From Tubiluchus corallicola (lineage: Eukaryota; Animalia; Priapulida), in assembly GCA_030141605.1 (NCBI GenBank), contig JAQGDQ010000022.1:1054001-1118000 (forward strand): 64,000 nucleotides of DNA, given 5' to 3'. The position numbers and the translations under genes are program-made. The notes below the pieces were generated by a model. That model made no database searches and was not told the origin of the DNA. It was given only the letters and a program-made list of their open reading frames with translations. Shown piece by piece: positions 11,362-23,689 of the stretch. Position 1 is the stretch's first letter; every line of letters starts with the position of its first letter.

Positions 11362-13618
11362 ATACTATAATATCAAGTATGTGTTACACCACGTAAGTAA
11401 AACGCTCAGGTGAGTAATTATTTGATAATTCACTTAATGCAGATAATGCATATGTGTTGTTATGATCCCCCGTTTTATTTTTGAATTCAATGTGTGCGTC
11501 ATCCGCCCACGTGTACATTGTTGCGGATGGCAATGAGGGTAATGCAGACTTAAGTGGTACATGTAGTGCTTTTATAGTGTGAATTTTGTGCCTTTCATAT
11601 TCATGTGCATACGTTTTATTGTTGCTTTTAATGCAGTGCTTACTATTTGTGCATTGCGATAATTATATTCATTAGTGCTTGCCATGTGCTCTGTTATTTT
11701 TGTGCATACGAGCTTTGTGTTTACGCAGAAATTAATTTTAACTGTTTTGCTGCAAGTAGTTATATAGTTATATCAATAATAACTGTTTTGTTAGCAATTA
11801 ATTAAAAACCATTTTAGTTTGTTTCTTTCATTCTCCGAACGGGATTTACTTTATTCTGTCCTACACGAACAAGTAAAGCATGTAGATAAATAATTTATGT
11901 CAACAAATCAATAAATCCAATAATAATAAATCAAAATAATGGCTAATACAAATCTCATTATCGACTGACACTTTCATTTTGATTTTGTTCTAGAATTTTC
12001 TTTGGATTCATTAATGAAACTAGAAGAAAAGATTTCTGAGAATGTAATACTATACCATATCGTAATGCACAATGTTATATTTTATCATAATTTTGTACCT
12101 ATGATGCACAGCCAAGAGGTCCTTATAATATTTATCGAACGTAACAACTTCGGTTTGGCTAATTTTTGTTACACTCAGAAAAATTGATTTTATCCCTTGT
12201 CATCTCCAAACCTTGTTCTTCAAATAATAATATTTCCTGCAAAATTCTGCTTAGTAAAATCTATCATGCTTTTACACCTAGCTGAAAATAACCGAAACAA
12301 CAACAGTATTTTGATCACTTACTGATAAATCGGTTCTTCACCGAACACTCATCACTGCAACCATGATGGGATTACATGTCTTTTGTATTACATAGATGAA
12401 CGTCACGCACGCTTAGGAAATCTTTCTACACACGCTATTTTATCACTAACAATAATTACATAAAACGTGGCTCATCGACAGGAGGCAGCATGCTATTACA
12501 CCATAAAGCGATAAGCAACCATAAGCGCTGGCAACAGCTACGATAGTTTTTGTGAAGCAGAAAGTAGTAAAAGCAATTTTAATTAATTTCTGTGGCGTAT
12601 GCCAAGAACCAATGCTGTTTCAGTTTTATCATACGTCTGCAGCATGTGTGGTACGCGGCTTTATTATGTAACTAGCCACAAATTAAAATCATCAAAACGA
12701 TCTTTAATGCGTGTTGTATTAATCCTCCTGGCGTCTCTTTTACAAAGGCGCCAATGTCGCTTACATCTTTCATGGTTTTTTATCGTTTCTATTAAACATG
12801 TTCATTAATTTTCACTATTGGACCATTTGCATGGTATGAACTAGTGACTGCTGTCAGCTTGTCATGGACGCATGGTTTCGATGTCTCCCTGAACCTATCT
12901 TACGAACGTAAACAAAATATGCTAACTAGCAGTGGGACCAAGCACTATCTTATCTACGTTCATTCGGAAAAATTTGGTTTGTCCTGGTTTTGTTGTAGAC
13001 TGTGAAATACAGGGTCGTAAAAATTGCTTATTTTCTTGTGTTAGCATATTTTTGTGTTAACTTTTAACAATAACACAAATATGTGTATTAACAATTGTTA
13101 CACCAAATAAAACCAGCGGGCAAATGCAACCGACAGCAAGATAGGCCGGTCACCCCAACAAATATTTCAGACTTCAAAAAAAACTAGCAAAAATTATGTT
13201 TGTTAACATCAGATCATTATGCGTACGTCAAGTTTTTAACAGCTTATCTTGTTAATTAAGACACAGATTCGAGCAGGAATGTTAAAAAAATGAACGACAG
13301 ATGTCGCCACTCTCGAACAGATTTTCCTGGTTAACTGTAACATAACTTGAACTCAAGAAAACTCGTAAACTCCTAAGAAGATAAAGTTACACTTTCTGTT
13401 ATAGTTTTGGCGCTGATATTGCAAGTCAGAGATGCAGTGTTATTTCACGAAGTTACTTAAGAAATTTAATTCACGATAATTTTATACTCTTGGAATGGGT
13501 ACCACTATTTACTATTTACAATAAAGCTAAAACGTAAATAGCTTGCTTATGGCAAAATGTTACTGATGCAAAAACGCTTAATTATAATATTTGAGTCAAT
13601 TATTATTAGTATTATTAT

Positions 13619-13630
13619 TGTGTGTGTGTG

Positions 13631-13662
<32 letters not shown>

Positions 13663-13677
13663 TACGTGCGTGTGTGT
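13619..13677. repeat. (TG)n-(TGCG)n microsatellite
   Basis: Directly visible; a similar array lies at 34923-34975. Confidence 0.95.
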
Positions 13678-15501
13678 AGCTATAATATGGTAGTTACCAA
13701 GTTATAGTGTCATTACATGCCTACGTATATATTCTACCTTAAAGTAATTGGTTATCTTTCGTAGTTTTTATATGTATGTATGTCAAGACTGTAAGGCATT
13801 CTAGTGTACTAAATAATTACAGTACGTAACCTCAAATAAACGATCTGTTAGCTGTGAAACGCAATCTTAATACAAAATCAACAGAAGACATGCAGTGGAA
13901 AACATTGCTATTTTGTTCGATCGCTTTCTTTGTGTTTTTAGCTCAATTTACCTTCTTACTGATGAGTTGTAAGTACCAAACCAAACCAACCATCTTGACA
14001 GTTCGTCGCAATATTTGTTTTTCGTTGCATCGCTTGTGTTGTTGTTTGTACTAAATTACAGATGCACAAACATATTCAATATACACTCAAGTGTTAATTC
14101 CACCTATAGATTACGCAAGTTTGCAGTATTTTAAACCAAAACATATTAATTTTCTACTAAATAAAGGCATATCTTACCATGGCTTGCCAATGATCAGTGT
14201 TGTCTTTGTGAGTATTTGACTGTAGCAAAATTTAGTGTCTCGCAAGTTAGCACAGATACTGGCAGCAGCTTAAATCTTCTTTCGCTAAATTGTGTATGAA
14301 CAAGCCAAGCAAGTGTCGCTTTGCGTAGATTCAACTCAAAGAGTTAAATGTTCAGGATGTTGCTCGCGCATCAGTTTCTTAGTGTACAACAAGTTTTGCG
14401 CAACACAAAAATTCGCGCATGAACTTTGCTTCGCGTATATACGCAGCCAGTCAAAACTAAAAAGCATTAGCATAAATGTGTTTAGGTTTGCAATTTACAA
14501 TTAAGCTAAAAACAGAGTAAAAAACTCTGTTTAATACAGTTATAAAAATCGTCTGTTTCTTTTCTTGGGGATATTATTTTTCTTGAGGTTATTACATATC
14601 TAAAATAGTGTTCTTCTATTCGACCGTGTTCCTACAAAATATGTACTACTTAAAAGTGTTTCTTCAAAGCACATTGGCTCTTCAAATCAATACGCATTTT
14701 TGAGATAGTCAAGAAAAGATATTGAGCTCTTTTACATATTTATGTTTGTGATCCAACTTACTAGTTTTTCGGTTCATTTTGTTCAGTTAGTTACTAAACT
14801 GCATAGTGTCTCAGTAAATTAGTTTTGGTACATTGACTTCGACTTAACTAAAATATTGATTATTCGCTATAAAAATTAAATTATATAATTGTAGTTGTGG
14901 ATGGGCCCCTTTGTCTCTTGGTAACCAATACTTGATCCAGCTAGCCACTGTTCAACTAAGTTATATCGGATTTGATGTCATTTATTTTGATTGTATTGAA
15001 TTGAATTACACTGAATTAGAATGAACTGGATTGGTAAAAATTGAACTAGACTGAGTTGGACTGGCCGGAATTAGAGTGGATTAGACTAAATTGAATTGAG
15101 TTATTAGGTGTTTAATTGAAATAAATTTTTGTTGGGTTGGATTGGATTGGATTGGTTTAAACTACGCTAATAAACAAGTAAGCAATTCATTCAATTACAA
15201 ATATTTTAGGCAAAATGGGTGTTTATATATACAGATAACTGATAATAAACCCAGCAAAGCAATGATTTTAAATGAATTCACTTAGCGTCATATTTTAGTC
15301 CCTTACAAGAAATGACAAATTGCAAAATATTCTACAGCACGCCTGCCAAACAATATTATGTATCACCTGGTTAGCATTTTTTAAGTAAAAAAAACTTGGA
15401 TAAGTGAAAAAATAATTTGGATTCCAAATTATAACGACTGGATATATCTCTGTAGAATCAATTGTTTTTGTAAAAAGGGAACCGAAAGAATGATAGTATG
15501 G

Positions 15502-15992
15502 AAAATTTAGCTAAATCTGGATTCGAACCAGTGCCCTCGTAATCTTAAGTATTCTAAGTCTCCAGCGATCACATGACAGTAAATGACCGGATTATTAGCC
15601 ACAGCAGTCATTGTATAACATGGCACGACGTTGAAAGATTAGCTGCAATATAAACTGTCTCGAGTTTTAGCGAAAATATCAGATTTTTGCTCATGATACC
15701 AACCATTTTAATTTATTTTATTCGCTTTCTGAAACTTGTGTCAGATATGCAAAATTTAGCTAAATCTCGATTCGAGCCAGTTCCCTCGTAATCTTAAATA
15801 TTCCAAGTCTCCATCGATTACATAAATAACCGGATTATTAGCCACAGCAGTCATTGTATAACATGGCACGACGTTGAACGATTAGCTGCAATATAAACTG
15901 TCTCGAGTTTTAGCGAAAATACCAGATTTTTACTCATGATACCAACCATTTTAATTTATTTTATTCGCTTTCTGAAACTTGTGTCAGATACG
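15502..15992 (-). repeat. Tandem duplication of a roughly 245-bp unit with a tRNA-like Pol III head
   Basis: Units 15502-15750 and 15751-15992 are highly similar. The minus strand of unit 1 has a perfect B box GGTTCGAATCC and an A-box-like TGGCTAATAATCCGG. Confidence 0.8.
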
Positions 15993-17829
15993 CGTTTTCA
16001 AGCGGAAACAATTCCGGGTTTATAGCAAATTTTCATTGCATTTTCTCGACCAGGAAATACAAAATTGTGCGAGAATAACATGAGCAATAAAGGATAAAAT
16101 GTCCTCAATGTAATTATCCCTCTGCAATAGGGCAGTATATCTAGAATGTCAGTTTTAAACAGGACCACAAACTGATAGACAAGCATATCCGAGAAATATT
16201 TTGAAGTTGCTTAATTGCCGGAATCATCAGATTTAAATTTTGCAACAAATGAAACAACATTCTTTTCCTATAAAAGCAAATATATGTTACAATTTTTATA
16301 TTTTCAGCTCAGTATTTTGTAGACAACATTTGCATCTTTCAAATACCGCGAGGCTTGCAATGCCCCTTGCGATACGGTATCAAATAGCAATTAAATTCCA
16401 ATCAGTCAGCATAATTAACTTCAAATGAAACTAAATTTGTTTAATGAGTAATGACCTGCGTTTTGTGTGAAAAATAGTTCGTCTGACACGTGCCTGACAT
16501 ATAGAAAAGCGAACACGGCAAAATAGAAAGAAAAGTGGGCACTACAACAACGTACTAACAAGTATAAAGTCAAAACAACCGGCATAATATACTAGACACA
16601 TTTGGTAAGTGCTAACTAGTCCGTACGTAGTTATGAAGAATAGTTCTCACTTATGAATAGGGGGCAATTTCTATTGCTAATTTTACGAAGGGTACTCCCC
16701 TGACTTCCCTTTACTGGTTTTTAAATTCAGATAGTTCCTCTGCTTTACTACTTGTTTTACTTCCACTTTTCATCCTTTATTCTTCGCATTCTTAAATGTA
16801 GAACAGCCGTATCTATACCTAGTTTTTTCCTTCGACTTTCTTATCTATGCAATTCTTTATCGGAAAATTGTGTTCGTACAGATTACCACATCACCTGCTG
16901 CAAGAGGAACAGCAGTGTCTTAATTTTTCAGGCCACACATTTTCACGTTCTTCCTCAGGAGTGAACAGCAAACCTTGTCAAGGGGAAAATGTATAAAAAG
17001 AGACTCTAAAAAAGAACCCTGGAGAATTTCATAACCCTGCGCATTTCCTAGACAACTACATTCATGCCAAAGACCTTCAAAACTGTTTTTTGCAAGAGTC
17101 CAGACAACGGTTTTGAGAATAGTGCTGGATACAACTTCAAAATTCATGATTAAATGAGCTCACTTCCTGAAGATTAAGCATTAATTTTGTGTACAATTTG
17201 TATTCGGAGACCAAAAGCAGCTGCTAGAAAAGCCATTTTTGCCCGACTCGCTGGATAATTTCTTACATTCATGAACTGTCTCAGTTGATCTATGGAACTC
17301 TTGGGAAATGAAAAAGCATCGAATTAATCCCCGAGTTTGTATATTTGACAAAAACGTTTTGAAAATCACCAACAGGCAGCAAAACCAATCTATTCGGGTG
17401 ATTTTAACATGGCGGCAAACCGCTTTTACGGATTACCGCGTGCATGCAAGAATAAAGAAAGGATCTAATTCAGAAACAAGCTACGGATCAGGAAAGCCAT
17501 TTATTCTGTGATGAATGGAGAATTTTAACACAATAATGAGTTGAAATTTGAGCGGTTATTAGATTGCATACAATAGGCGGTAAGCGATCACGCAAGGAAA
17601 CCCGTGGCAGTGAGAAGAATAAGCTAAAGAATTTTACGACAAAGAAGCCATATAACAACCACTTATTGTGACATCATAGTACATGTACCAACATGCCAGA
17701 AGTACATGTGCAAAAGTAATTCGTGCACTTCATTGTGCATAACTTACTGATTCCATTAATTTAGTAAAACATTGTGTGGAACATAAAAGCGAAGAAAAAA
17801 ACTTGTATACTTGTATTACGCCCACTCTA

Positions 17830-18385
17830 AAAATGATCAAGGAAGTAGAGAAGTAAGCAGAAGAACAAGAGTATGGTTATAAGAGTGAGCCTCAGTGCTA
17901 GAACGAAAGCCAGAGGTATTAGTATGGAAAGAATAGAATGGTAAAACTGAAAAAAGGCGAAAAAAAGATTGAAGTAACGGGAAAGAAAGAAGGAAAGAAA
18001 GAAAAAATAAATAAAAGAATGAAGAAAAAGAAAAGAAAAAAGATAGACTGAAAGGAAGAATAGGGAAAAAGGAGAGGAAAAGAAGGAACGAAAGAAAAAA
18101 GAAGAGACGAATAAAATGAAAAAGAGAGAGAGAGAAAAGCAGAAAAAGGAAAAAAGGAAAATAACTAAAGAGGGAAAAGGGGAGCGATAAAACAAAAGAA
18201 CGTACTGCGAATGAATGAATAAATTAATAAAGGGTCGAAGATTAAGTGAATGAATGAATGAGTGAGTGAATGAACGAATGAATGAGCGAAAGAATGAATG
18301 AATGAGCGAATGAATGAATGAATGAATAAATAAATAAATAAATAATGAACGAATGAATTAATTAATGAACGAATTAATGAAGATG
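17830..18385. repeat. Purine-rich low-complexity tract followed by (GAAT)n
   Basis: Directly visible; explains the Phe-rich minus-strand ORF 17827-18195. Confidence 0.9.
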
Positions 18386-18777
18386 AATCTTAACATCCTC
18401 CAAAGCGTTTATCTAAAATTTCTGTAAACGCAGGCAAAAGCGTGATCATTTTCCGTTTAATAATTGCTTCAGTTTCCGGTTCCTGTGGAAAACTTGACGT
18501 AACTTCACTTTGCTATTATCCTTAATTCGTTTGTTGCCTAGTTACTAAAACGCCTGCTACGAAAACAGAACAGTGAAAACAGAAACCTGCAAAAGAGACA
18601 AACGTTAAATGAAAAATTACGTCTGAGTTAGCTTGATTTTTGGGCAAGTGACACCAGCGTCTTCTTTAACTAATGAGGTTGCTAATAATAAGCATGCAGA
18701 AAAAAATGATGTGCCAAAGCGAATGCCCGTTGAGCTATAATTCTTTCATGCCAGGCTACATTACAGTACTGAGGAGT

Positions 18778-18960
18778 ATGGCTGAGTGATCGCGGTGTAT
18801 TCTTAGCTATATAACTCAAGCAACGCTAGGCTAGGTAGTAGTTGAATGAGTGACCAGCCGAAAAGGCGCCAGTTAGTAAATGAAACGGTGACCTGTGGGC
18901 GATCTTGTGGACTTTGGGCGAACTCCTCATCTTTGTCTGGTGAACAACCCCATGAATCGA
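18778..18960 (+). mobile_element. Degenerate SINE-like element with a 5S rRNA-like segment
   Basis: A-box-like TGGCTGAGTG, then CAAGCAACGCTAGGCTAGGTAGTAGTTGAATGAGTGACC, which resembles the 5S internal control region (recalled, not aligned computationally). Confidence 0.45.
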
Positions 18961-20740
18961 AGATACGCCTGTAAAACTTGACTAACGCACCTCTGTCCTA
19001 GATCTATGTAATAAAATTATTACTGGTGGAAAAAGGACACAACAATAACTGGAAACAGAAAACAGAAACCAATACTTCGATTGATTTTTGTAGATTTTTA
19101 TATGTGCAATACAAATTCCCTCTGAATCGAGAATTTGACGACTATATACATCCCTGGCGCATAAAATAAAATGTACAACTACAAAATGTTTTGAGGCCAG
19201 GTAATACAGCTGAATTGTCATGATAATGTGTTTAACGATTGAAGCTAATAAACCTCAATCTTGTAGTGAACGGCTGGTTGACCACTGGAAAAACTGCTTT
19301 TGTTTTTGTGTTTTATACGTGCTGTCCACGCAAAATGCGGCCGCAAACAATAAACGCGGAGTTTAACAAAAATGCCTGATTTTACATGCATACCACACTA
19401 TGTGCGACAGAAAAAATATATCTATTATACAACCGAGGAAATAATGGTTATTGTGTGTAATGAGCACTTTGAGAACACTGAAATTAGTTCCTTCTGTGTA
19501 AAAAGATGTCACTTAACAACAGTTTACCTGTCAACAAATTATCTGTTGTAGCAGCAGCTGCATGCTGAAGAAGTTTAAGTGCATTTGACTTTGCCCCAAT
19601 TTTCCACTTTTACTAACAATGGCAAATGACAGAGTCGCAACCGATTGTAAAATGCGTAGAATGCAACTAAGGAATGTGTCAGTTGTCTCGTCGATAAAAA
19701 ATAAAACCGCAGAACTCATGGTACAGGTTATCTGCACTTCATCTTGTTACCACTCTAAACCACCCTGAAGAAACTGCTAAAACAAATTCTATTTCGATTT
19801 TAACTAACGTTGGTAATTCTTTAAACTAGGACTAATGAAGAGTACTTTTCTTCTTTTTGATTTTGCATTATCACTTAAGCAGACGTTTAAAAAACAAATG
19901 CAATTTAAATGCAGATAATATGGCCCATTGGATATACCAGTTAAAATTCTAAAGGCTAGCATGTAGGGTGCTATCGAGGAATATTTATTTTTATTTTAAA
20001 ATTCACTTCATACATATTGGCAAACCATCCATTTATAACCTACACTATTAATAAAATAGCAATGTAAGACGGATTTGCCATCTAATTTGCGAAAAATTTA
20101 AATGCAGATCTCACCCGTCTTCAGCATTCAGGTCAGCATTCAGCATTGCGATCAGAAAAAAGGAGAGGACGGGGAGAGAGAAAAGGAAAGGAAACGAGCA
20201 TGCAAGCGAAGCGAGCAGCAACGCGAAAGTCAAAGTCGTCGTTACTAGGTCTGTTAGTAGAGTTTGAAAATAATATCGAGAGTCTAATGTACAATAAAAA
20301 TCACTACATGTTTACAATAAAAACCCGCCACATTAAACTTACATGAAATATTACTACAATAAAAAATGCAAATTATGCAGATTAAAAATGCTCATATACA
20401 AAACGGAGACAGTAACAGATGTTTCTGTATTACTGATTCGCCAAATAATGATAAATTTTAGATAAAACAATCACTGTTAAAAAATTCACGTATCAAACTG
20501 TCAGTGGGTTTTAGCGAGTCTCGTTTTTCGACTAATTGGGATTGTAATTATTGTTAACTTATAATTATTTCACTGCCTTTTTGTTTGTCGTTGTTTCAAA
20601 AGTATTCAGTTTGGGCAAGCAAAGCGCTGTTAAAGAACTATCATCGCAATAAATAATAAATAAGTGTTTCAAGCACCGTCTTCAGTGAAACTATGACAGT
20701 TGAAAGAAAACAAAAGCAATTAAGGTTGTCGTTGAAAACA

Positions 20741-20805
20741 AGGGCGTGGTAAATGAAAGGTGAGGTATATAAGCACAGGTAAATGCTGCAGGCTTTGCAT
20801 ATTTA
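20741..20805 (+). promoter_or_regulatory. Probable core promoter of the Gly/Tyr-rich protein gene
   Basis: GGGCGTGG (Sp/KLF box) at 20742, TATATAA at 20766-20772, initiator-like GCATATT about 30 nt downstream. Implies a non-coding first exon spliced to the acceptor at 21563. Confidence 0.65.
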
Positions 20806-21575
20806 AGCCAGCGTGATTTCAGTTGCGACCGCTTTACAGAAAGGTGTGAAAGTGCGATTATATTTATTTGACAAAAAGTAAAAGTGCTGCCTGTGGCAGG
20901 TGTACAAAAAATAAAGCAAAGAAGTGGAAATTACATTAGATCAATATCATATCACAACAATGCTATAATCTTTGAAAATTATAATTTTTATGAATTTTTT
21001 GTTATTATAATAATATTATAATAACTATTTTTATTTGGATGTTTCAGTAATCAACGTTTTAAAAAGCATTGGGTGAAAGTATCCACAGCTTGTTTTATTA
21101 GTGAAAATGAAAAATTCATCATTTTGTTTTTTTCTGTAATTCTCCAAAATGGTTCATGACGACACTTACAATTTGATTAATATTTGTTATACGTTAAAGT
21201 TTTAGTGTGATGATCCTAATCATTCACTTACTTGAAGTGGAGAGTAGGTGTAAAAAAGGTATAGTCTTACGTGTCAAGAAAAAGCAGCAAAGAGTTACCA
21301 TCTATAAGTAAAGAAAGAGGTTTTTATATTAACCTCTTACTCTTACTCTTACTCTTATTCTTACTTCTGTAATTGGAAATCTCGTTATCATTAACTTCTA
21401 ACAATATTGTTATATAATCGTTGCTGCTGTCGTCATCATGCTTCTGGCCAACGTCATTATCACTATGATTATCATCATCATCGCTATCATCCCTTTCATT
21501 ATCATCAACATCATCTATGTTGGTGTGTGTTGTTATGGTGGAAACTAAGCTGTTCTTTTTTAGATCTCAAGCACA

Positions 21576-21611
21576 ATGTACTTGGCTGTTTTACTGGTTG
21601 CATTATTCAGT
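21576..21611 (+). CDS. Gly/Tyr-rich secreted protein, first coding exon (signal peptide)
   Basis: ttttttAG|ATCTCAAGCACA-ATG, MYLAVLLVALFS, donor AGT|GTGAGT, phase 0. Joins in frame to 22151 and gives signal peptide MYLAVLLVALFSARQTLA. Confidence 0.85.
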
Positions 21612-22150
21612 GTGAGTAACTTAATTATAATAACTAATTACATTAATTACACGTGGCGCCGGTATTGTTACTCATCATAATTATATCAATTTACATTCTA
21701 CCACACAGTAATCAATAAAATTCCAGAATGAACGCATCATTGAGTAAAAAGTATTGTCATTATTTAGAACATTCAACGTGTGAGATGCATATAGCAGCTT
21801 CATTCAGCTTTAGTTAATTTACAAATGTTGTTTTTACAAAGTTATAATCACTTAAATAATTCATTTGAATGTGATTCCAAGAAATCTAGATTATTTTCTA
21901 GCCCATTTATATAGCATTCTGTTTTTCTAATGTTTTTTTCTAACATAACTTACCAAACCCTTCATAGAAAATATATGATAGGCTAAAAATTGAAATTTGA
22001 AATATTCCGTTTTTATTAAGAGAAATTTCAGAAAATCAAAATTCGTAAATATTTAACAGCAACTAAAGATTTTAGCAATTTAATTTTTAGTATCTTAATC
22101 CAAGATTCATCATGTCTCGTACGTTTCAGACGTATTTTACTATATTACAG

Positions 22151-23689
22151 GCAAGGCAAACATTGGCTAGTCTTGGTGGCTACGGTTTTGGTGGTTACGG
22201 TGGCTATGGAACAGCTGGTTATGGTCACCTAGGTGGACACGGATATGCCGGTTATGGCGGACACAATGGTGGTTTGTTCAACTATCGAAGATCAGGATAT
22301 GGAGGATATGGAGGTGGATATGGATTAGGCGGATACGGTGGATATGGAGGGGCATATGGATTAGGTGGATACGGTGGATATGGATTAGGCAGCTACGGTT
22401 CATACGGATTAGGTGGCTATGGTGGAACAGATACATATGGATTAGGTGGATATGGATCAGGCAGATATGGTGGCGGATATGGTACAGCTGGATATGGAGC
22501 TGGATATGATAATAATGGATATGGCACAAAGGGACAACATGAAAACGGGCGTTATGGCGGGTACAGTGGTTACGATATAGGATATGGAGGTTTGTACTAT
22601 TTACCAACGCTTCGAGATATAGCTGTGATCGCATTTGGCAATTATGACTATGGTGATTACAACTACAACAACGGCTACGATGGTGGCAGTAACAACTACA
22701 ATGGTATAGCTGTTTCTAATTATGACTACAACACTCGTCCTGATGATTACAATGGACTAGAACAAGACCTCGGAATCTATGATTCGTCTAGCGCCAACAG
22801 GGGTTATCTCATTACAAACGGTGATGATGACGGCGATGATGATGCTCTAGAGCTTGCAGCAGAAAATGGACATCTAAGTAATGCTGGAAGTGGAGGAAGA
22901 GGAGTGCAAGCTGCTGGCGGTCGCAGAATTGGACTCGGGAATGCTGTAGCTTTTGAAGGAACTGAGGAATTCATTGGAACCGGTCCATTCAACTTTGAAA
23001 GCGCCAGGGGCAGAGCAGCATCAAAAACACTCCCCAATTCCTCGCCAGCAACAGAAGAAGCAGTTGTTGGGCGCCATTACGGCACAGGCTATGCCCAGCA
23101 ATGGAATGCCGCTTCAGCTGACCGTGCCGCATCCGGCTCAGGAGTTGCTGCAAGCACACGACAAGCTGCTCGCGATGCCAACCAGGAAGCTCTGGCAAGC
23201 TTTACACAAGCGGCTACTAGCGCCGGAGCAGGAGCCGCAGGAGCCGGATATGCCTTTAGGGCAAATCCTCAGTTCACTGGAATTCAAGCTGTTGGAGTTG
23301 CAGAGCCTGCAGTTCGATTAGGACCCGTTCGTGCAGTTGCGGCAGGACCACCTGCTATCAACAGAGCTTCCATCGGAAGAGGCACTGCTGGTGGGGCAAA
23401 TGTGGTCAGCGGAGTGACTGGGATACTTGTAGACAGCGGTGACGCTGTATCCATCAGTAGTGACGAGGGGGATGCACAAGAAAATGGTGATTTGTATGCT
23501 AACCTATATGGAGCGGCTGGTGAAGCACTACAGAGCCGAGGCTATGGTACTGGTTATAGCGCAAGCGGCTATAATCTGCTGAATGGTGGAACTGGTTATG
23601 GACTAGGCAACTATAACCAGTTAAATGGTGATACTGGTTATGGAGCATACGGCTATAACCAGCTAAACGGATACAACAATTACTATTAG
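22151..23689 (+). CDS. Gly/Tyr-rich low-complexity secreted structural/matrix protein, main exon (about 524 aa in total); composition like shematrin/prisilkin or cuticle/eggshell proteins
   Basis: Long ORF with synonymous codon variation. GYGG/GLGGYG repeats, an Asn/Asp/Tyr block, DDDGDDD, an Ala/Gly-rich region and C-terminal YNQLNG repeats. Acceptor tattacAG at 22150, AATAAA at 23785. Confidence 0.9.
   Translation, partial: ARQTLASLGGYGFGGYGGYGTAGYGHLGGHGYAGYGGHNGGLFNYRRSGYGGYGGGYGLGGYGGYGGAYGLGGYGGYGLGSYGSYGLGGYGGTDTYGLGGYGSGRYGGGYGTAGYGAGYDNNGYGTKGQHENGRYGGYSGYDIGYGGLYYLPTLRDIAVIAFGNYDYGDYNYNNGYDGGSNNYNGIAVSNYDYNTRPDDYNGLEQDLGIYDSSSANRGYLITNGDDDGDDDALELAAENGHLSNAGSGGRGVQAAGGRRIGLGNAVAFEGTEEFIGTGPFNFESARGRAASKTLPNSSPATEEAVVGRHYGTGYAQQWNAASADRAASGSGVAASTRQAARDANQEALASFTQAATSAGAGAAGAGYAFRANPQFTGIQAVGVAEPAVRLGPVRAVAAGPPAINRASIGRGTAGGANVVSGVTGILVDSGDAVSISSDEGDAQENGDLYANLYGAAGEALQSRGYGTGYSASGYNLLNGGTGYGLGNYNQLNGDTGYGAYGYNQLNGYNNYY

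Noticed and set aside
16900-17170. AG/GT-bounded minus-strand segment with a 75-aa ORF
   Set aside because: No recognisable protein similarity and no partner exons that can be supported.
22112-22150. ORF-track start MSRTFQTYFTILQ for the Gly/Tyr-rich protein
   Set aside because: It is intronic sequence ending in a good acceptor. The upstream 36-nt exon gives a proper signal peptide.
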